From the NCBI GenBank assembly GCA_002470825.1, contig DKOR01000023.1, forward strand, positions 47,651 through 111,650: 64,000 bases of DNA. The letters run 5' to 3'. A program made the position numbers and the translations under genes. This stretch comes from Thiotrichaceae bacterium UBA7357. GTDB lineage: Bacteria; Pseudomonadota; Gammaproteobacteria; Eutrophobiales; Eutrophobiaceae. Below, piece by piece: positions 16,704 through 27,257 of this stretch. The notes under the pieces are model-generated. The model searched no databases, was not told where the DNA came from, and saw only the letters and a program-made list of their open reading frames with translations. Each line of letters starts with the position of its first letter. Position 1 is the first letter of the stretch.

Positions 16704-17555
16704 TTAATCAGTGATTGTCTCGCGCAATATTTTCATTGCATTTCTTTCTATCTGTCGGATCCTTTCTGCAGAAACACCATGGACGGCTGCAAGTTCTTGC
16801 AAAGTAGTTTTATTTTCAGTCAACCAACGTTTAACTATGATATCTTTGCTACGATCATCTAGCAAAGCGAGTGCCTTATGTAATGAAGCTTGACTCTCAT
16901 AGTCAAGTTGTGCAGTTTCTATCAATTCTTCAGGACCTGCTGTTTTATTCTCGAGGAAGTAAGATGGTGAAAAACTTGAATCTTCGTCATCATCGCTATC
17001 AAGGCCATCGAAGGACGCATCATAGTTACCCATGCGTTTTTCCATTTCTGTGACGTCACTAGGCCTGACGCCGAGAGTCTCAGCTACTTCATTGACTTCA
17101 TTTTGATTTAACCAGCCGAGACGTTTTTTGGATGAGCGCAGATTAAAAAATAATTTACGTTGTGCTTTAGTTGTTGCGACTTTAACGATACGCCAGTTTT
17201 TAAGAATAAATTCATGCATCTCTGCGCGAATCCAATGTACAGCGAAAGAAACAAGTCGTACACCTATATCTGGGTTGAATCTTTTGACGGCTTTCATCAA
17301 ACCAACGTTACCTTCTTGAATCAAATCGGCTTGTTGTAAACCGTAGCCGCTATAACCTCGTGCAATTTTTACTACGAAGCGCAGATGCGACATCACTAAA
17401 TGACGTGCAGCTTCAATATCATCATCTTCTCGAAGACGCTTGGCAAAGAGCCGTTCTTCTTCTAAAGATAAGATTGGCACTTGATTGACTGATGAAATAT
17501 AACTTTCAATCGATCCGGCCGGTAATGCAAGTTTTAAGTTTGTTAATTGATACAT
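16704..17555 (-). CDS. rpoH: RNA polymerase sigma-32 (heat-shock sigma factor)
   Basis: RpoH box TTKAQRKLFFNLR, DLIQEGNVGLMKAVKRF and C-terminal GVSAERIRQIE. Alignment to the E. coli RpoH N-terminus favours MYQLTNLKLALPAGSIESYI (start complement at 17553..17555) over the track start at 17630. Confidence 0.92.
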   Translation of the reverse strand: MYQLTNLKLALPAGSIESYISSVNQVPILSLEEERLFAKRLREDDDIEAARHLVMSHLRFVVKIARGYSGYGLQQADLIQEGNVGLMKAVKRFNPDIGVRLVSFAVHWIRAEMHEFILKNWRIVKVATTKAQRKLFFNLRSSKKRLGWLNQNEVNEVAETLGVRPSDVTEMEKRMGNYDASFDGLDSDDDEDSSFSPSYFLENKTAGPEELIETAQLDYESQASLHKALALLDDRSKDIIVKRWLTENKTTLQELAAVHGVSAERIRQIERNAMKILRETITD

Positions 17556-17686
17556 CGGACTTTTCCCGCTATTTTTAAGGATAATTTTAGCACTCCGGAA
17601 CATAGAGTGCCAATTTTTAAAAAAATTCAATTTAATCAGGTTCGTAGAGTACTGATTATTAGAGCATGATGCCTTTTAAAAGAGTT

Positions 17687-18670
17687 CTAGATGGGTTCAA
17701 TTGCCCGTAAATGACGTTTCACAGCTATCCAAGAGCCAAACAAACCGAGAACGATTCCACTAGCAAGTAGGATTAGCGAGTTACCCAAACTAAGGCCTAT
17801 TAACTGAAAGTCACTATTATAAAGTCTGGCGAGTTTGTTAACCGGGCCACCAAGCATTTGCACAGATATTATGACCAACAGCCAAGCGATGATACTACTA
17901 GAGACGCCGTACCAAAATCCGCTATAGAGGAATGGGCGTTGTATAAATCTATCTGTCCCACCAAAAAGTTTAGTGATCTCAATCTCTGACCGACGATTAT
18001 CAATTAAAAGTCTAATAGTATTGCCGACAATAAGTAATACCGCGATTGCTAGAAATGTTGAAAGAACTACAATTAGACGATTAACGATATCTAGTAAATA
18101 AAGTAAGCGTTTCAACCAACGCCTATCGTATTGCACGCTATCGGTTTCTGGCATGGCCTCCAGTTCTTTTATCAATTTCTCGGTTCTTGCTTCATCAATA
18201 TTTTCGTAATTTGGCGTAACAAGAACAACGTTTGGTAACGGGTTTTCATCGAGTGAATTGAGTGCATCAGCAAAGCCCGATAGCTTTTGATATTCAACTA
18301 GCGCATCAGCCCGCTTTATCAAGTGGGTTTCACTGATGTTATTATTATTGGCTAAGATGTTGGCAAATTCTGCCGCACGTGACTCATCAATATCTGTTTG
18401 TAAAAATACTGTGATCTGAACAGAGTCATCCCAACTTGATGAGACGTATCGTATATTATCGAGTAATAAATAAAAGTTGGCAGGTAAGGCTAGCGATATG
18501 CCAATAACTGTCGTAGTCAGTACACTGCTAATAGGGGATTTAATGTACTGTCCAAGACTGGAGATGAACGCCTGTGCATGTTGTAATAACCATGTGTCGA
18601 AGCGGCGCTTAAGCTGACTCTTAAAGCTCTTATTAGGACGAATGTTTTTTTTAAGGTTCCTCGGTTTCAT
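17687..18670 (-). CDS. ftsX: cell division permease-like protein FtsX
   Basis: First TM helix, a large periplasmic loop, then three C-terminal TM helices. Immediately downstream of ftsE. Confidence 0.85.
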   Translation of the reverse strand: MKPRNLKKNIRPNKSFKSQLKRRFDTWLLQHAQAFISSLGQYIKSPISSVLTTTVIGISLALPANFYLLLDNIRYVSSSWDDSVQITVFLQTDIDESRAAEFANILANNNNISETHLIKRADALVEYQKLSGFADALNSLDENPLPNVVLVTPNYENIDEARTEKLIKELEAMPETDSVQYDRRWLKRLLYLLDIVNRLIVVLSTFLAIAVLLIVGNTIRLLIDNRRSEIEITKLFGGTDRFIQRPFLYSGFWYGVSSSIIAWLLVIISVQMLGGPVNKLARLYNSDFQLIGLSLGNSLILLASGIVLGLFGSWIAVKRHLRAIEPI

Positions 18671-18672
18671 GT

Positions 18673-19344
18673 TTATGTTGTCGCTGCACCTTGTGTTAAT
18701 ATACGCCCAGATTTTAAGGTAATGATTCGTTTCGACATGCGGCTGATCATATCAATGTCATGGCTGGCAATGAGAACGGTAACGCCGACCTGATTAAATT
18801 GTTCAAATAAACTCATCGTGTCCCATGACAAAGCGGGATCAAGGTTACCTGTAGGTTCATCTGCTAGGAGTATAGCTGGTCGATGCACGACTGCGCGTGC
18901 AACTCCTACACGTTGTTGTTCACCACCCGATAGCGCCATAGGATAGCTATTTACTTTTGTTAATAGATGGACTTTATCTAACGCGGCTTGCACACGCTTT
19001 CGAATCTCTTGATGACGATATCCAGCAATCACCAGTGGTAACGCGACATTATCATATAGGGTTCTATCATTTAGCAGGCGATGATCTTGAAACATAAAAC
19101 CTATATGTCGCCTGAAGATAGGGATACGACGGTTACGAACTCGTTCAAGGTTTTGACCATTAACAATAATCTGTCCACGAGAATGACGATCTATTAAGGC
19201 TATTAAACGCAGAAGTGTGCTTTTGCCAGCGCCTGATCTACCTGTTATGTAGACCATGGCACCTTGTTCAATATGTAGATTAATATTACGTAGAGCCTCA
19301 TTACCTCCAGGGTAGTTCATGTGAACATTGGTAAATTTAATCAC
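18673..19344 (-). CDS. ftsE: cell division ATP-binding protein FtsE
   Basis: Walker [10 protein letters not shown], signature LSGGEQQRV and Walker [12 protein letters not shown]. Overlaps ftsY by 4 nt. Confidence 0.9.
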   Translation of the reverse strand: MIKFTNVHMNYPGGNEALRNINLHIEQGAMVYITGRSGAGKSTLLRLIALIDRHSRGQIIVNGQNLERVRNRRIPIFRRHIGFMFQDHRLLNDRTLYDNVALPLVIAGYRHQEIRKRVQAALDKVHLLTKVNSYPMALSGGEQQRVGVARAVVHRPAILLADEPTGNLDPALSWDTMSLFEQFNQVGVTVLIASHDIDMISRMSKRIITLKSGRILTQGAATT

Positions 19345-20300
19345 GATTCTGCTAGTAGCAGTGCATCAATAAATTCAGCAGCGTTGAATGGTCTTAAATC
19401 TTCAATTTGTTCACCAACACCAATGAATCGAATAGGAATACTCAGTTCATCCGCGAGTGAAAAAACAATCCCTCCTTTTGCAGTCCCGTCAAGTTTTGTT
19501 AACACAATACCATCAATACCAATCGCTTCATTGAACTGTTTTGCTTGTATTAATGCATTTTGTCCGGTTCCGGCATCTAATATCAGTAGGACTTCTCTCG
19601 GTAAGTCATTGTCAAACTTACTACTAACACGGTAGATCTTTTTCATTTCTTCCATTAGATTATTTTTATTATGCAAACGCCCTGCAGTATCTGCTATGAG
19701 AACATCAATATTGTTTGCTCGTGCTGACTCTAAAGCATCAAAAATAACTGCAGCAGGGTCAGATCCATGCATTTGAGCAATGACAGGTAGGTTATTGAGC
19801 TCACCCCAGGTTTGTAGTTGTTCTATAGCTGCGGCGCGAAAAGTATCCCCGGCGGCCAGCATGACTTTTTTCCCCTCATTCTTTAACAGACTAGCAAGTT
19901 TACCGATGGTGGTTGTTTTACCAACACCATTAACACCAACGACCAGTATTAAATGGGGTTTATTCAGAGCTTTAGGTATAGTCAGGGCTTTCTCGACTGG
20001 TTTAAGTATAGGCAATAAAATTTTTCTTAACCGATCAAGTGGATTTTCTGTCGAACCTTCTTTATATTCAGTTTTTAATAATTGGATGATCTGATCAGTT
20101 GTATTAACACCAATGTCTGCAACCAATAAACGATTTTCAAGTGCATTAAGAGTGATATCATTGATCAGAGTTTTGTTACGGCTAAAGAATTCTCCAAAAA
20201 GACCAGTACGCGTATGTTTCAAACGATCTGAGAGAGAGAGGTTTTGATTTGGTGGTTTCTCAGGCTTCTTAATGCTGCTTTTTCTTTTTAAGCCAAACAT
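19341..20300 (-). CDS. ftsY: signal recognition particle receptor FtsY (short N-terminal form)
   Basis: SRP GTPase NG domain with GVNGVGKTTTIGKLA, DTAGRLHN and TKLDGTAKGG. Confidence 0.92.
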   Translation of the reverse strand: MFGLKRKSSIKKPEKPPNQNLSLSDRLKHTRTGLFGEFFSRNKTLINDITLNALENRLLVADIGVNTTDQIIQLLKTEYKEGSTENPLDRLRKILLPILKPVEKALTIPKALNKPHLILVVGVNGVGKTTTIGKLASLLKNEGKKVMLAAGDTFRAAAIEQLQTWGELNNLPVIAQMHGSDPAAVIFDALESARANNIDVLIADTAGRLHNKNNLMEEMKKIYRVSSKFDNDLPREVLLILDAGTGQNALIQAKQFNEAIGIDGIVLTKLDGTAKGGIVFSLADELSIPIRFIGVGEQIEDLRPFNAAEFIDALLLAES

Positions 20301-20427
20301 AAAAGTAAGTTATTTTAGTATGCTGTAAGTAAGTTGTATTATTCTATCACTAACTTATATCGAACTCATAAAGAGAAATACACTCTATATGTCCTATACC
20401 TCAAAATTTAATTAATTATATAAAAAA

Positions 20428-21819
20428 ATGAAATATTCTTGTCTTGTTTTGAAAACCTTGTTCCTAAGTTCAATTATAATCATTCCTGTAATTGTTAATG
20501 CAAAAGTTACCGAATTTGAACTAGAAAATGGACTTAAGCTATTAATAAAAGAAGATCATCGAGCCCCCATTGTTGTAACACAGGTTTGGTATAAGGTTGG
20601 AGGTAGTTATGAATATGATGGAATTACTGGTATTTCGCATGCACTTGAACACATGATGTTTAAGGGTACAGAAAAATTCCCTGATGGTGAATTTTCTCGA
20701 ATTATTTCTAAGAATGGTGGAAGTGATAATGCTTTTACTGGCCCAGATTATACTGCATATTTTCAAACATTAGAGAAATCACGTTTGGAAATAAGTTTTA
20801 AGTTAGAAGCAGATCGAATGCGTTACTTGACACTGCCTAAAAAAGAGTTCATCAAAGAGATCGAAGTTGTAAAGGAAGAACGCCGTTGGCGCACAGAAGA
20901 TAAACCTCAATCGTATGCTTATGAAGTTGCCATGGCAACAGCATTTCAAACAAGCCCCTATCGTTACCCTGTAGTTGGGTGGATGCAGGACCTTGACAAT
21001 ATGACAATCGAAGATCTGAGCGACTGGTATCAAAAATGGTATGCGCCAAATAATGCAACATTGGTGGTTGCTGGTGATGTAAACCCAGATGAAGTTTTTG
21101 CTCTGGCAAAAAAGTATTTTGGACCGCTACCAAAAGGTGAGTCTATTATAGTTAAGACCCTTGATGAGGTAGAACAGAAAGGGGAAAAACGCGTAAAGAT
21201 CAAACGTCCAGCAGAACTATCTTATTTAATGATGCTCTATAAGACACCTGTCCTTTCACCGGGAAGTGAAAAACAAGAAAACCATAATTGGGAGCCCTAT
21301 GCATTAGAAGTATTGGCAGGAATTCTTGATGGTGGCAGTAGTGCGCGAATTGCTAGTAGATTGGTACGAGGTAGTGAGGTTGCTGCTGGTGCAAGCGCAG
21401 GATATCGAATGGTCTCTAGATTGAACAATTTATTCATTATGTCGGGTACTCCTTCTAAAAGTAAATCAGTAGGAGAGCTAGAAGCAGCATTACGCAATGA
21501 GATAAAAGATTTGCAAAGTAATCTTGTCACGAAAGAAGAGTTACAACGTGTTAAAGCGCGAGTTATTTCAAGTGATGTTTATGAAAAAGATTCTGTATTT
21601 TATCAAGGAATGATACTCGGCACACTAGAGACAGTAGGTTTGTCCTGGCGTTTTGCAGATATATATGTTGAAAGCATTAAGACAGTAACTGCAGAACAAG
21701 TAATGGACGTAGCAAAAAAATATTTAGTTGATGATCGGCTTACAGTTGCAGAACTTGATCCATTACCTATTGTCGAGCAACCTAGATACCCAAAAGGAGG
21801 TAGTTCACGTGCTCATTAA
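20428..21819 (+). CDS. M16 family zinc peptidase (catalytic subunit type), secreted
   Basis: Signal peptide. Inverted zinc motif HALEHMMFKGT (HxxEH) with a downstream E-rich region. Confidence 0.85.
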   Translation: MKYSCLVLKTLFLSSIIIIPVIVNAKVTEFELENGLKLLIKEDHRAPIVVTQVWYKVGGSYEYDGITGISHALEHMMFKGTEKFPDGEFSRIISKNGGSDNAFTGPDYTAYFQTLEKSRLEISFKLEADRMRYLTLPKKEFIKEIEVVKEERRWRTEDKPQSYAYEVAMATAFQTSPYRYPVVGWMQDLDNMTIEDLSDWYQKWYAPNNATLVVAGDVNPDEVFALAKKYFGPLPKGESIIVKTLDEVEQKGEKRVKIKRPAELSYLMMLYKTPVLSPGSEKQENHNWEPYALEVLAGILDGGSSARIASRLVRGSEVAAGASAGYRMVSRLNNLFIMSGTPSKSKSVGELEAALRNEIKDLQSNLVTKEELQRVKARVISSDVYEKDSVFYQGMILGTLETVGLSWRFADIYVESIKTVTAEQVMDVAKKYLVDDRLTVAELDPLPIVEQPRYPKGGSSRAH

Positions 21820-23140
21820 AGTAACGATTAGCATTTTTTTTAGTTTCTTGCTGCTTATAAATGGGTCTATTCAAGCATCACCCACAATTGAAACCTGGAA
21901 GACTAGTAGTGGAGCAGAGGTTTTCTATGTCTATGCTCCCGAGCTACCCATGGTTGACATGCAAGTTGTCTTTGATGCAGGCAGTAGTCGTGATGGACAG
22001 TTATTAGGTATTGCTGCACTGACTAATAGTTTATTGGATCAGGGTGCTGCAGGAATGGATGTTGATGAAGTTAGTAAGGGTTTTGAATCACTTGGCGCCA
22101 TTTTCGGAGCGAATGTTGGTTATGATTCTGCTTCAGTACAATTACGATCTTTAACAGACGAATCATTATTGCTTGCTGCTCTTGAAAACTTGAAAAAAGT
22201 TATTTCAACTCCAGAATTTCCTGAAGAGGCTATAGAGAGACTACGCGCTCAGACATTGATTAGCTTACAAGCTAAAAAACAGAATCCAAGTGCTTTAGCA
22301 AGAGATGCATTTATGAATGCCGTTTATCAATCTCATCCTTATGCCCAGCCAAGTATAGGAACAGAAGAATCTATAGCCGGAATCAAACGTAAAGATATCG
22401 AGTCATTTTATAAGCAACATTATGTTTCTAATAATGCGATGGTTGCTATAGTTGGAGCTGTACATAGAGAACGAGCAGAGATAATTGCTGAAGATGTGCT
22501 AAGCAAACTTGATAAAGGTCAGAAAGCTAAGACATTACAGAGTGTTAATATTTTGGAAGCTGCTAAAAAAGTATTCATTGAACATCCATCTGCACAAACA
22601 CATATTCTTGTTGGCCAGGCAGGACTTAAACGTGGTGATCAGGATTATTTTCCGCTTTATGTTGGTAATCATGTATTAGGTGGTGGTGGTATGGTGTCAC
22701 GTCTTTTTGCGGAGGTGCGTGAAAAAAGGGGGTTGTCTTATAGCGCTTATAGTTATTTTTCGCCAATGAGGTTTGAAGGTCCTTTCATTGCAGGATTACA
22801 AACTAAGACAGGACAAGTTGATGAAGCATTGTCTGTATTAATGGAAAATATTAATCTTTACATAGAAAATGGACCAACTGAAGAAGAGTTAATCGCTTCT
22901 AAGAGAAATATTACTGGTGGTTCTCCATTGCGTGTAGACAGTAATGGAAAAATTCTGAATTATGTCGTTGCCATTGGATATTATAAACTGCCACTAGATT
23001 ATCTTGAAACCTTCAACGCTAAGGTTGATGCTGTTACGATTAATCAAATAAAAGACGCTTTTAAACGACGCTTAATACCAGATAAGTTAGTTACTGTTAT
23101 GGTGGGTGCAATCGTTGAAGGGTTGAACAAAGGACCTTGA
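21809..23140 (+). CDS. M16 family peptidase, non-catalytic partner type, secreted
   Basis: GTG 21809 lies 6 nt after aaggagg and gives VLIKVTISIFFSFLLLINGSIQA, a signal peptide. M16 fold without HxxEH. It overlaps the upstream M16 gene by 11 nt. The track start at 21728 is rejected. Confidence 0.8.
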   Translation: MLIKVTISIFFSFLLLINGSIQASPTIETWKTSSGAEVFYVYAPELPMVDMQVVFDAGSSRDGQLLGIAALTNSLLDQGAAGMDVDEVSKGFESLGAIFGANVGYDSASVQLRSLTDESLLLAALENLKKVISTPEFPEEAIERLRAQTLISLQAKKQNPSALARDAFMNAVYQSHPYAQPSIGTEESIAGIKRKDIESFYKQHYVSNNAMVAIVGAVHRERAEIIAEDVLSKLDKGQKAKTLQSVNILEAAKKVFIEHPSAQTHILVGQAGLKRGDQDYFPLYVGNHVLGGGGMVSRLFAEVREKRGLSYSAYSYFSPMRFEGPFIAGLQTKTGQVDEALSVLMENINLYIENGPTEEELIASKRNITGGSPLRVDSNGKILNYVVAIGYYKLPLDYLETFNAKVDAVTINQIKDAFKRRLIPDKLVTVMVGAIVEGLNKGP

Positions 23141-23146
23141 GTAATA

Positions 23147-23692
23147 GTGTCGATCAGCAAAATCCGTATTATTGCTGGTAAATGGCGCGGAAGAAAACTC
23201 AATGTAATTAATTTGCCAGCTTTACGACCGACATCTGATCGTGTTCGCGAAACGCTCTTTAATTGGTTACAACAAGATATTGTTGGAGCACATTGTCTAG
23301 ATCTTTTTTCTGGAACAGGTGCCCTTGGTTTTGAGGCTTTGTCGCGTGGTGCGGGAGAAGTTATTATGATCGAGTCTAACCCAAAAATTGTTGAATCGTT
23401 AAGAAATCATGCAAGAATGTTAGGGAGTGAAAGTCATACAATTAAACTTGTTGATGCAATGAGCTGGGTTAGGCAGAGCATAAAACAATTTGATATAATT
23501 TTTCTTGATCCTCCATTTGGGAAGGATTACTTAGAACCGTGTTTAGAAGCAATTAGTGAAGAAATGCTATTAAAACCCAAAGGCTTGGTTTACGTTGAAT
23601 CTGAAAGAAAAATAGTTTTGCCGAGTGGTTGGAAGATTAAGAAAAAAACGAAGGCAGGTAATGTACAATCTATGCTTATAGAGACTATTTAA
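23147..23692 (+). CDS. rsmD: 16S rRNA (guanine966-N2)-methyltransferase
   Basis: LDLFSGTGALGFEALSRGA and the DPPF motif. Conserved neighbour of coaD. GTG start. Confidence 0.85.
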   Translation: MSISKIRIIAGKWRGRKLNVINLPALRPTSDRVRETLFNWLQQDIVGAHCLDLFSGTGALGFEALSRGAGEVIMIESNPKIVESLRNHARMLGSESHTIKLVDAMSWVRQSIKQFDIIFLDPPFGKDYLEPCLEAISEEMLLKPKGLVYVESERKIVLPSGWKIKKKTKAGNVQSMLIETI

Positions 23693-23743
23693 TATGTGCT
23701 ATTTTAAATATGAATTTATTAATCTGTCTAATAAGGGACTGAA

Positions 23744-24220
23744 ATGGTAACGGCAATTTATCCAGGTACATTTGATCCAATTACAAAAGGGCATGCAGAT
23801 ATTACACGGCGTGCGGCTAAACTGTTTGATGAGGTTATTATCGCTGTTGCTGACGCGACAAGTAAGAAAACTCTTTTTACCATTCAAGAACGTGTTGAAT
23901 TTGCAAGAGATGTGTTGTCTGATATGAAGAATGTTCAAGTAATTCCTTTTCGTGTACTAGCAACAGACCTTGCATACGAAAAAAAAGCTAGTGTAATCGT
24001 TCGAGGCATTCGTGCTGTATCTGATTTTGATTATGAATTTCAGATGGCCGGCATGAATAGACAGTTAAATTCAAGTATTGAAACTGTGTTTTTAACACCG
24101 GCAGAAAATTTAGCTTGCACAACATCGAGTCTTGTACGAGAGATAGCTTCACTGCATGGCGATGTTAGTTTATTTGTGGATTCAATAGTTGTCACTGCAT
24201 TAAAAAACAAATTTTCCTAA
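23744..24220 (+). CDS. coaD: phosphopantetheine adenylyltransferase
   Basis: YPGTFDPITKGHADI (T/HxGH nucleotidyltransferase motif). 158 aa. Confidence 0.92.
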   Translation: MVTAIYPGTFDPITKGHADITRRAAKLFDEVIIAVADATSKKTLFTIQERVEFARDVLSDMKNVQVIPFRVLATDLAYEKKASVIVRGIRAVSDFDYEFQMAGMNRQLNSSIETVFLTPAENLACTTSSLVREIASLHGDVSLFVDSIVVTALKNKFS

Positions 24221-24237
24221 CTCTTTAAGCAATAGAT

Positions 24238-25923
24238 GTGATAAAGATAATTAGAGTATTTTTTTCATTTCTAAGCGTTTTAATCCTTAGTACTGCTTAT
24301 TGCGCCGCAGAATCGAAGCAAGCTGCGATTGCAAGCGCACACCCTTTAGCAACTCAAGTAGGCATTAATATTTTAAGGCAAGGAGGTAATGCTTTTGATG
24401 CCGCGGCTGCAATAACGGCATCATTAGCAGTCGTTGAGCCATACAGTTCTGGTCTTGGTGGAGGTGCTTTTTGGTTGTTACATCGCTCATCTGATAATAA
24501 ACAGATCATGATCGACGGTCGCGAAAAAGCTCCTATGCTTAGTACTCATGATATGTATTTGGATAAAGCGGGAGATGTTATTGAGGGTTTGTCATTGAAT
24601 GGGCCTAAAGCCGCAGGTATCCCGGGTGTTCCCGCAGGGATAGAACACCTTGTGCAAAACTATGGCCGTCTGTCGCTAAAACAAGTTCTCACGCCGGCAA
24701 TTGAGCAAGCACAAAAAGGTTTTACTGTGTCAGAGCGTTATCAAAAATTAATGAGTTATAGAAAAGATGTTGTTAGGCAATACCCAAGTGCGGCAAAAAT
24801 ATTTCTTAATAAACACAAAGTTCCTGCTATAGGCGAATTGATTGTCCAAAAAGATTTAGCGAAAACACTAGCAGCATTGGCGACTTTTGGACGCAAGGGC
24901 TTTTATCAAGGACCTATAGCAAAACAGATGGTCTCTAGTGTTATAAATAATGGTGGTATTTGGCAATTAGAAGACCTTAGAGAGTATCAGGTCATTGAAC
25001 GAGAACCCATTATATTAAATTACAATGGTATTAAAATTATATCAGCACCACCACCTTCTTCGGGTGGAATCGTTATGGGGCAAGCGCTAAATATTTTAGA
25101 ACAATACAATTTAGAAGAATTTGATTCTATAACACGCAAACACCTTGTTATTGAAGCTATGCGACGGGCTTATCGTGATCGAGCAGCTTATCTAGGCGAT
25201 GCTGATTTTATTGATATTCCTGTGGAACGATTACTAGACAAAAATTATGCCGAGGGTCTTGCTTTAACAATAGATTTAAAACGTGCAACACCCAGTGGCA
25301 AATTAAGTAATATTGCAACAATAGAACAGAAGGGTACTGATACAACTCATTTTTCAGTCGTAGATAAGGAGGGTAATCGGGTTTCAGCAACCTTGAGTAT
25401 TAACCTGCCATTTGGTTCTGGATTTGTGGCTGATGGTACAGGGGTACTCTTGAATAACGAAATGGATGATTTTTCTGTGAAGCCATTAACAGCTAATTCT
25501 TATGGCCTAGTCGGTGATCATGCTAACTCTATTGTACCGAATAAACGTCCATTATCCAGCATGACACCAACATTTCTCGAAACAGATGATCGAATTGCAG
25601 TGTTAGGCACGCCCGGTGGTAGTCGTATTATTAGTATGGTCTTGTTGGGCGTTTTGAATTTTGCTGAGGGAAAGACACCTAATTCTTGGGTGAATTTATC
25701 ACGCTATCACCATCAATATTTGCCTGATCAAGTGGAATTTGAACAAGGAGGTTTAAGCGACGCTGAACAGGTTGCGCTTAAAGATAAAGGCCACATACTT
25801 AAAGAAAAAAATCGTCGCTATGGCAACATGCAGGCAATAATGATCTGGAAAAGTAAAGAACTAATTTTTGCTGCTAGTGATCCTCGTGGAGAAGGTAGCG
25901 CAAAAGTTTTTTATTACCCTTAA
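24238..25923 (+). CDS. ggt: gamma-glutamyltransferase
   Basis: Signal peptide. Autoprocessing/nucleophile region QKGTDTTHFSVVD, plus PLSSMTP and GTPGGSRII. GTG start. Confidence 0.88.
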   Translation: MIKIIRVFFSFLSVLILSTAYCAAESKQAAIASAHPLATQVGINILRQGGNAFDAAAAITASLAVVEPYSSGLGGGAFWLLHRSSDNKQIMIDGREKAPMLSTHDMYLDKAGDVIEGLSLNGPKAAGIPGVPAGIEHLVQNYGRLSLKQVLTPAIEQAQKGFTVSERYQKLMSYRKDVVRQYPSAAKIFLNKHKVPAIGELIVQKDLAKTLAALATFGRKGFYQGPIAKQMVSSVINNGGIWQLEDLREYQVIEREPIILNYNGIKIISAPPPSSGGIVMGQALNILEQYNLEEFDSITRKHLVIEAMRRAYRDRAAYLGDADFIDIPVERLLDKNYAEGLALTIDLKRATPSGKLSNIATIEQKGTDTTHFSVVDKEGNRVSATLSINLPFGSGFVADGTGVLLNNEMDDFSVKPLTANSYGLVGDHANSIVPNKRPLSSMTPTFLETDDRIAVLGTPGGSRIISMVLLGVLNFAEGKTPNSWVNLSRYHHQYLPDQVEFEQGGLSDAEQVALKDKGHILKEKNRRYGNMQAIMIWKSKELIFAASDPRGEGSAKVFYYP

Positions 25924-27257
25924 TCTTGCTGTGAGTTTATATTTAAAGATGTACTTGTATTCCTGAGGAGACGAAACCCCAGGTTGAAGCTGCGATAAGT
26001 TTGCATATACCAGTAACGATTTGCTGAACGAACTCCCAAAGGGATATTATACCAAGATCCACCTCGTGTTACTCGATATTCGCATTTAGTATTTTTGAAT
26101 ACCTCACCATTGCTTGGAGCATTATAGTAGCCAGATTTCCAACAATCCTCTACCCACTCCCATACATTTCCGTGCATATCATATAGACCAAAAAGACTTG
26201 CTTTATATTTTCCTACCTTTGATGATTTTGCTTCACCATCGTTACAAGGTGCACTTCTCCAGCCATAGCGATTGATGTTTTTACCAACTTCATCATAAAC
26301 ATTGGCATAGAGACATAAATCTGATTTTGAATTACCAAAATGGTAATCGGTTGTGCTACCGGAGCGTGCGGCATACTCCCACTGTGCTTCTGATGGGAGA
26401 CTATAGTTACTGCTAGTTTCTTTATTAATCCAGTCAATGTAAGCATATGCATCATTCAAGCTGACACATACTACAGGATGATTTTCTGACTGAGTATAGC
26501 TAGGATTACGCCAAGTTAACCCTTCTTTTTGGCCAAAATCAACACCATCGCCGTCGCCAAAACAACCCTTATTATTGCCGGCATCTGTTTCTGCATCGGT
26601 CAGATAACCTGTAGCCTCAATAAACTTTCTGAACTGACCAATGGTAACCTCATATTTCCCAATTTCAAAAGACGAGACGGTAACAATATGCAGTGGCTTC
26701 TCATCTGTTCTCCCCTCCAATGTTCCCATGAGAAATGATCCGCCAGGGATTGTCACCATAGCACCTGCTAAATTGTGTTCTTTCGTTTTACCTAATTCCT
26801 CCGGGATCGCTTTTAACTTCTTCTCAAGCAATTTCTCAGCGTCAGTTGTTGCGATAGCATCAGGGTGTACTTTACGTATTATTTTAAGATGTTCTTTTAC
26901 ACCTATAAAATCTCCGACATTGAGTGCTGTCTGTAATGCTTCAATATTTATATTTAAGATTTTAGATAAAATTCGGGCTGCCGCCATGTTATTGCTATCC
27001 TCTTCCAGTATTTTTTTTACTTTTTCATAGGCATTTCTTCCAACTGGCTCGGTATGACGATCCATCTCAACATCTTTTTCGGCAGCCGCCAACAAGCCTA
27101 ATATTGTTAGTGAATCCAGGTCTTCATGTTCATCTATTGTTAGCTCCACTGCGAAAACATTCGTGACTGAAAATATAACTAGTATTGAGACTAGGAAAAA
27201 GACACTAAAACTGTTTATTTTAAGTAGTGATGCTGCAAAAGTGTGTTGATTTATCAT
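25920..27257 (-). CDS. exported formylglycine-generating-enzyme (FGE/SUMF1) domain protein with helical N-terminal region
   Basis: N-terminal signal/anchor (FSVFFLVSILVIFSVTNVFA) and a helical region of about 130 aa. The FGE-sulfatase domain follows: IPGGSFLMGT, HPVVCVSLNDAYAY, LPSEAQWEYAAR, DMHGNVWEWVED, RVTRGGSW and GFRL. Confidence 0.75.
   Translation of the reverse strand: MINQHTFAASLLKINSFSVFFLVSILVIFSVTNVFAVELTIDEHEDLDSLTILGLLAAAEKDVEMDRHTEPVGRNAYEKVKKILEEDSNNMAAARILSKILNINIEALQTALNVGDFIGVKEHLKIIRKVHPDAIATTDAEKLLEKKLKAIPEELGKTKEHNLAGAMVTIPGGSFLMGTLEGRTDEKPLHIVTVSSFEIGKYEVTIGQFRKFIEATGYLTDAETDAGNNKGCFGDGDGVDFGQKEGLTWRNPSYTQSENHPVVCVSLNDAYAYIDWINKETSSNYSLPSEAQWEYAARSGSTTDYHFGNSKSDLCLYANVYDEVGKNINRYGWRSAPCNDGEAKSSKVGKYKASLFGLYDMHGNVWEWVEDCWKSGYYNAPSNGEVFKNTKCEYRVTRGGSWYNIPLGVRSANRYWYMQTYRSFNLGFRLLRNTSTSLNINSQQD

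Noticed and set aside
17556-17630. N-terminal extensions offered by the track for rpoH; similar cases at 21728 (M16), 34197..34265 (rpmB), 39774..39857 (DUF4124), 59963..60046 (tkt), 11685 (msrB) and 9003 (SCO-like)
   Set aside because: Internal starts give canonical N-termini or signal peptides, have better RBSs, and avoid overlaps with neighbouring genes.
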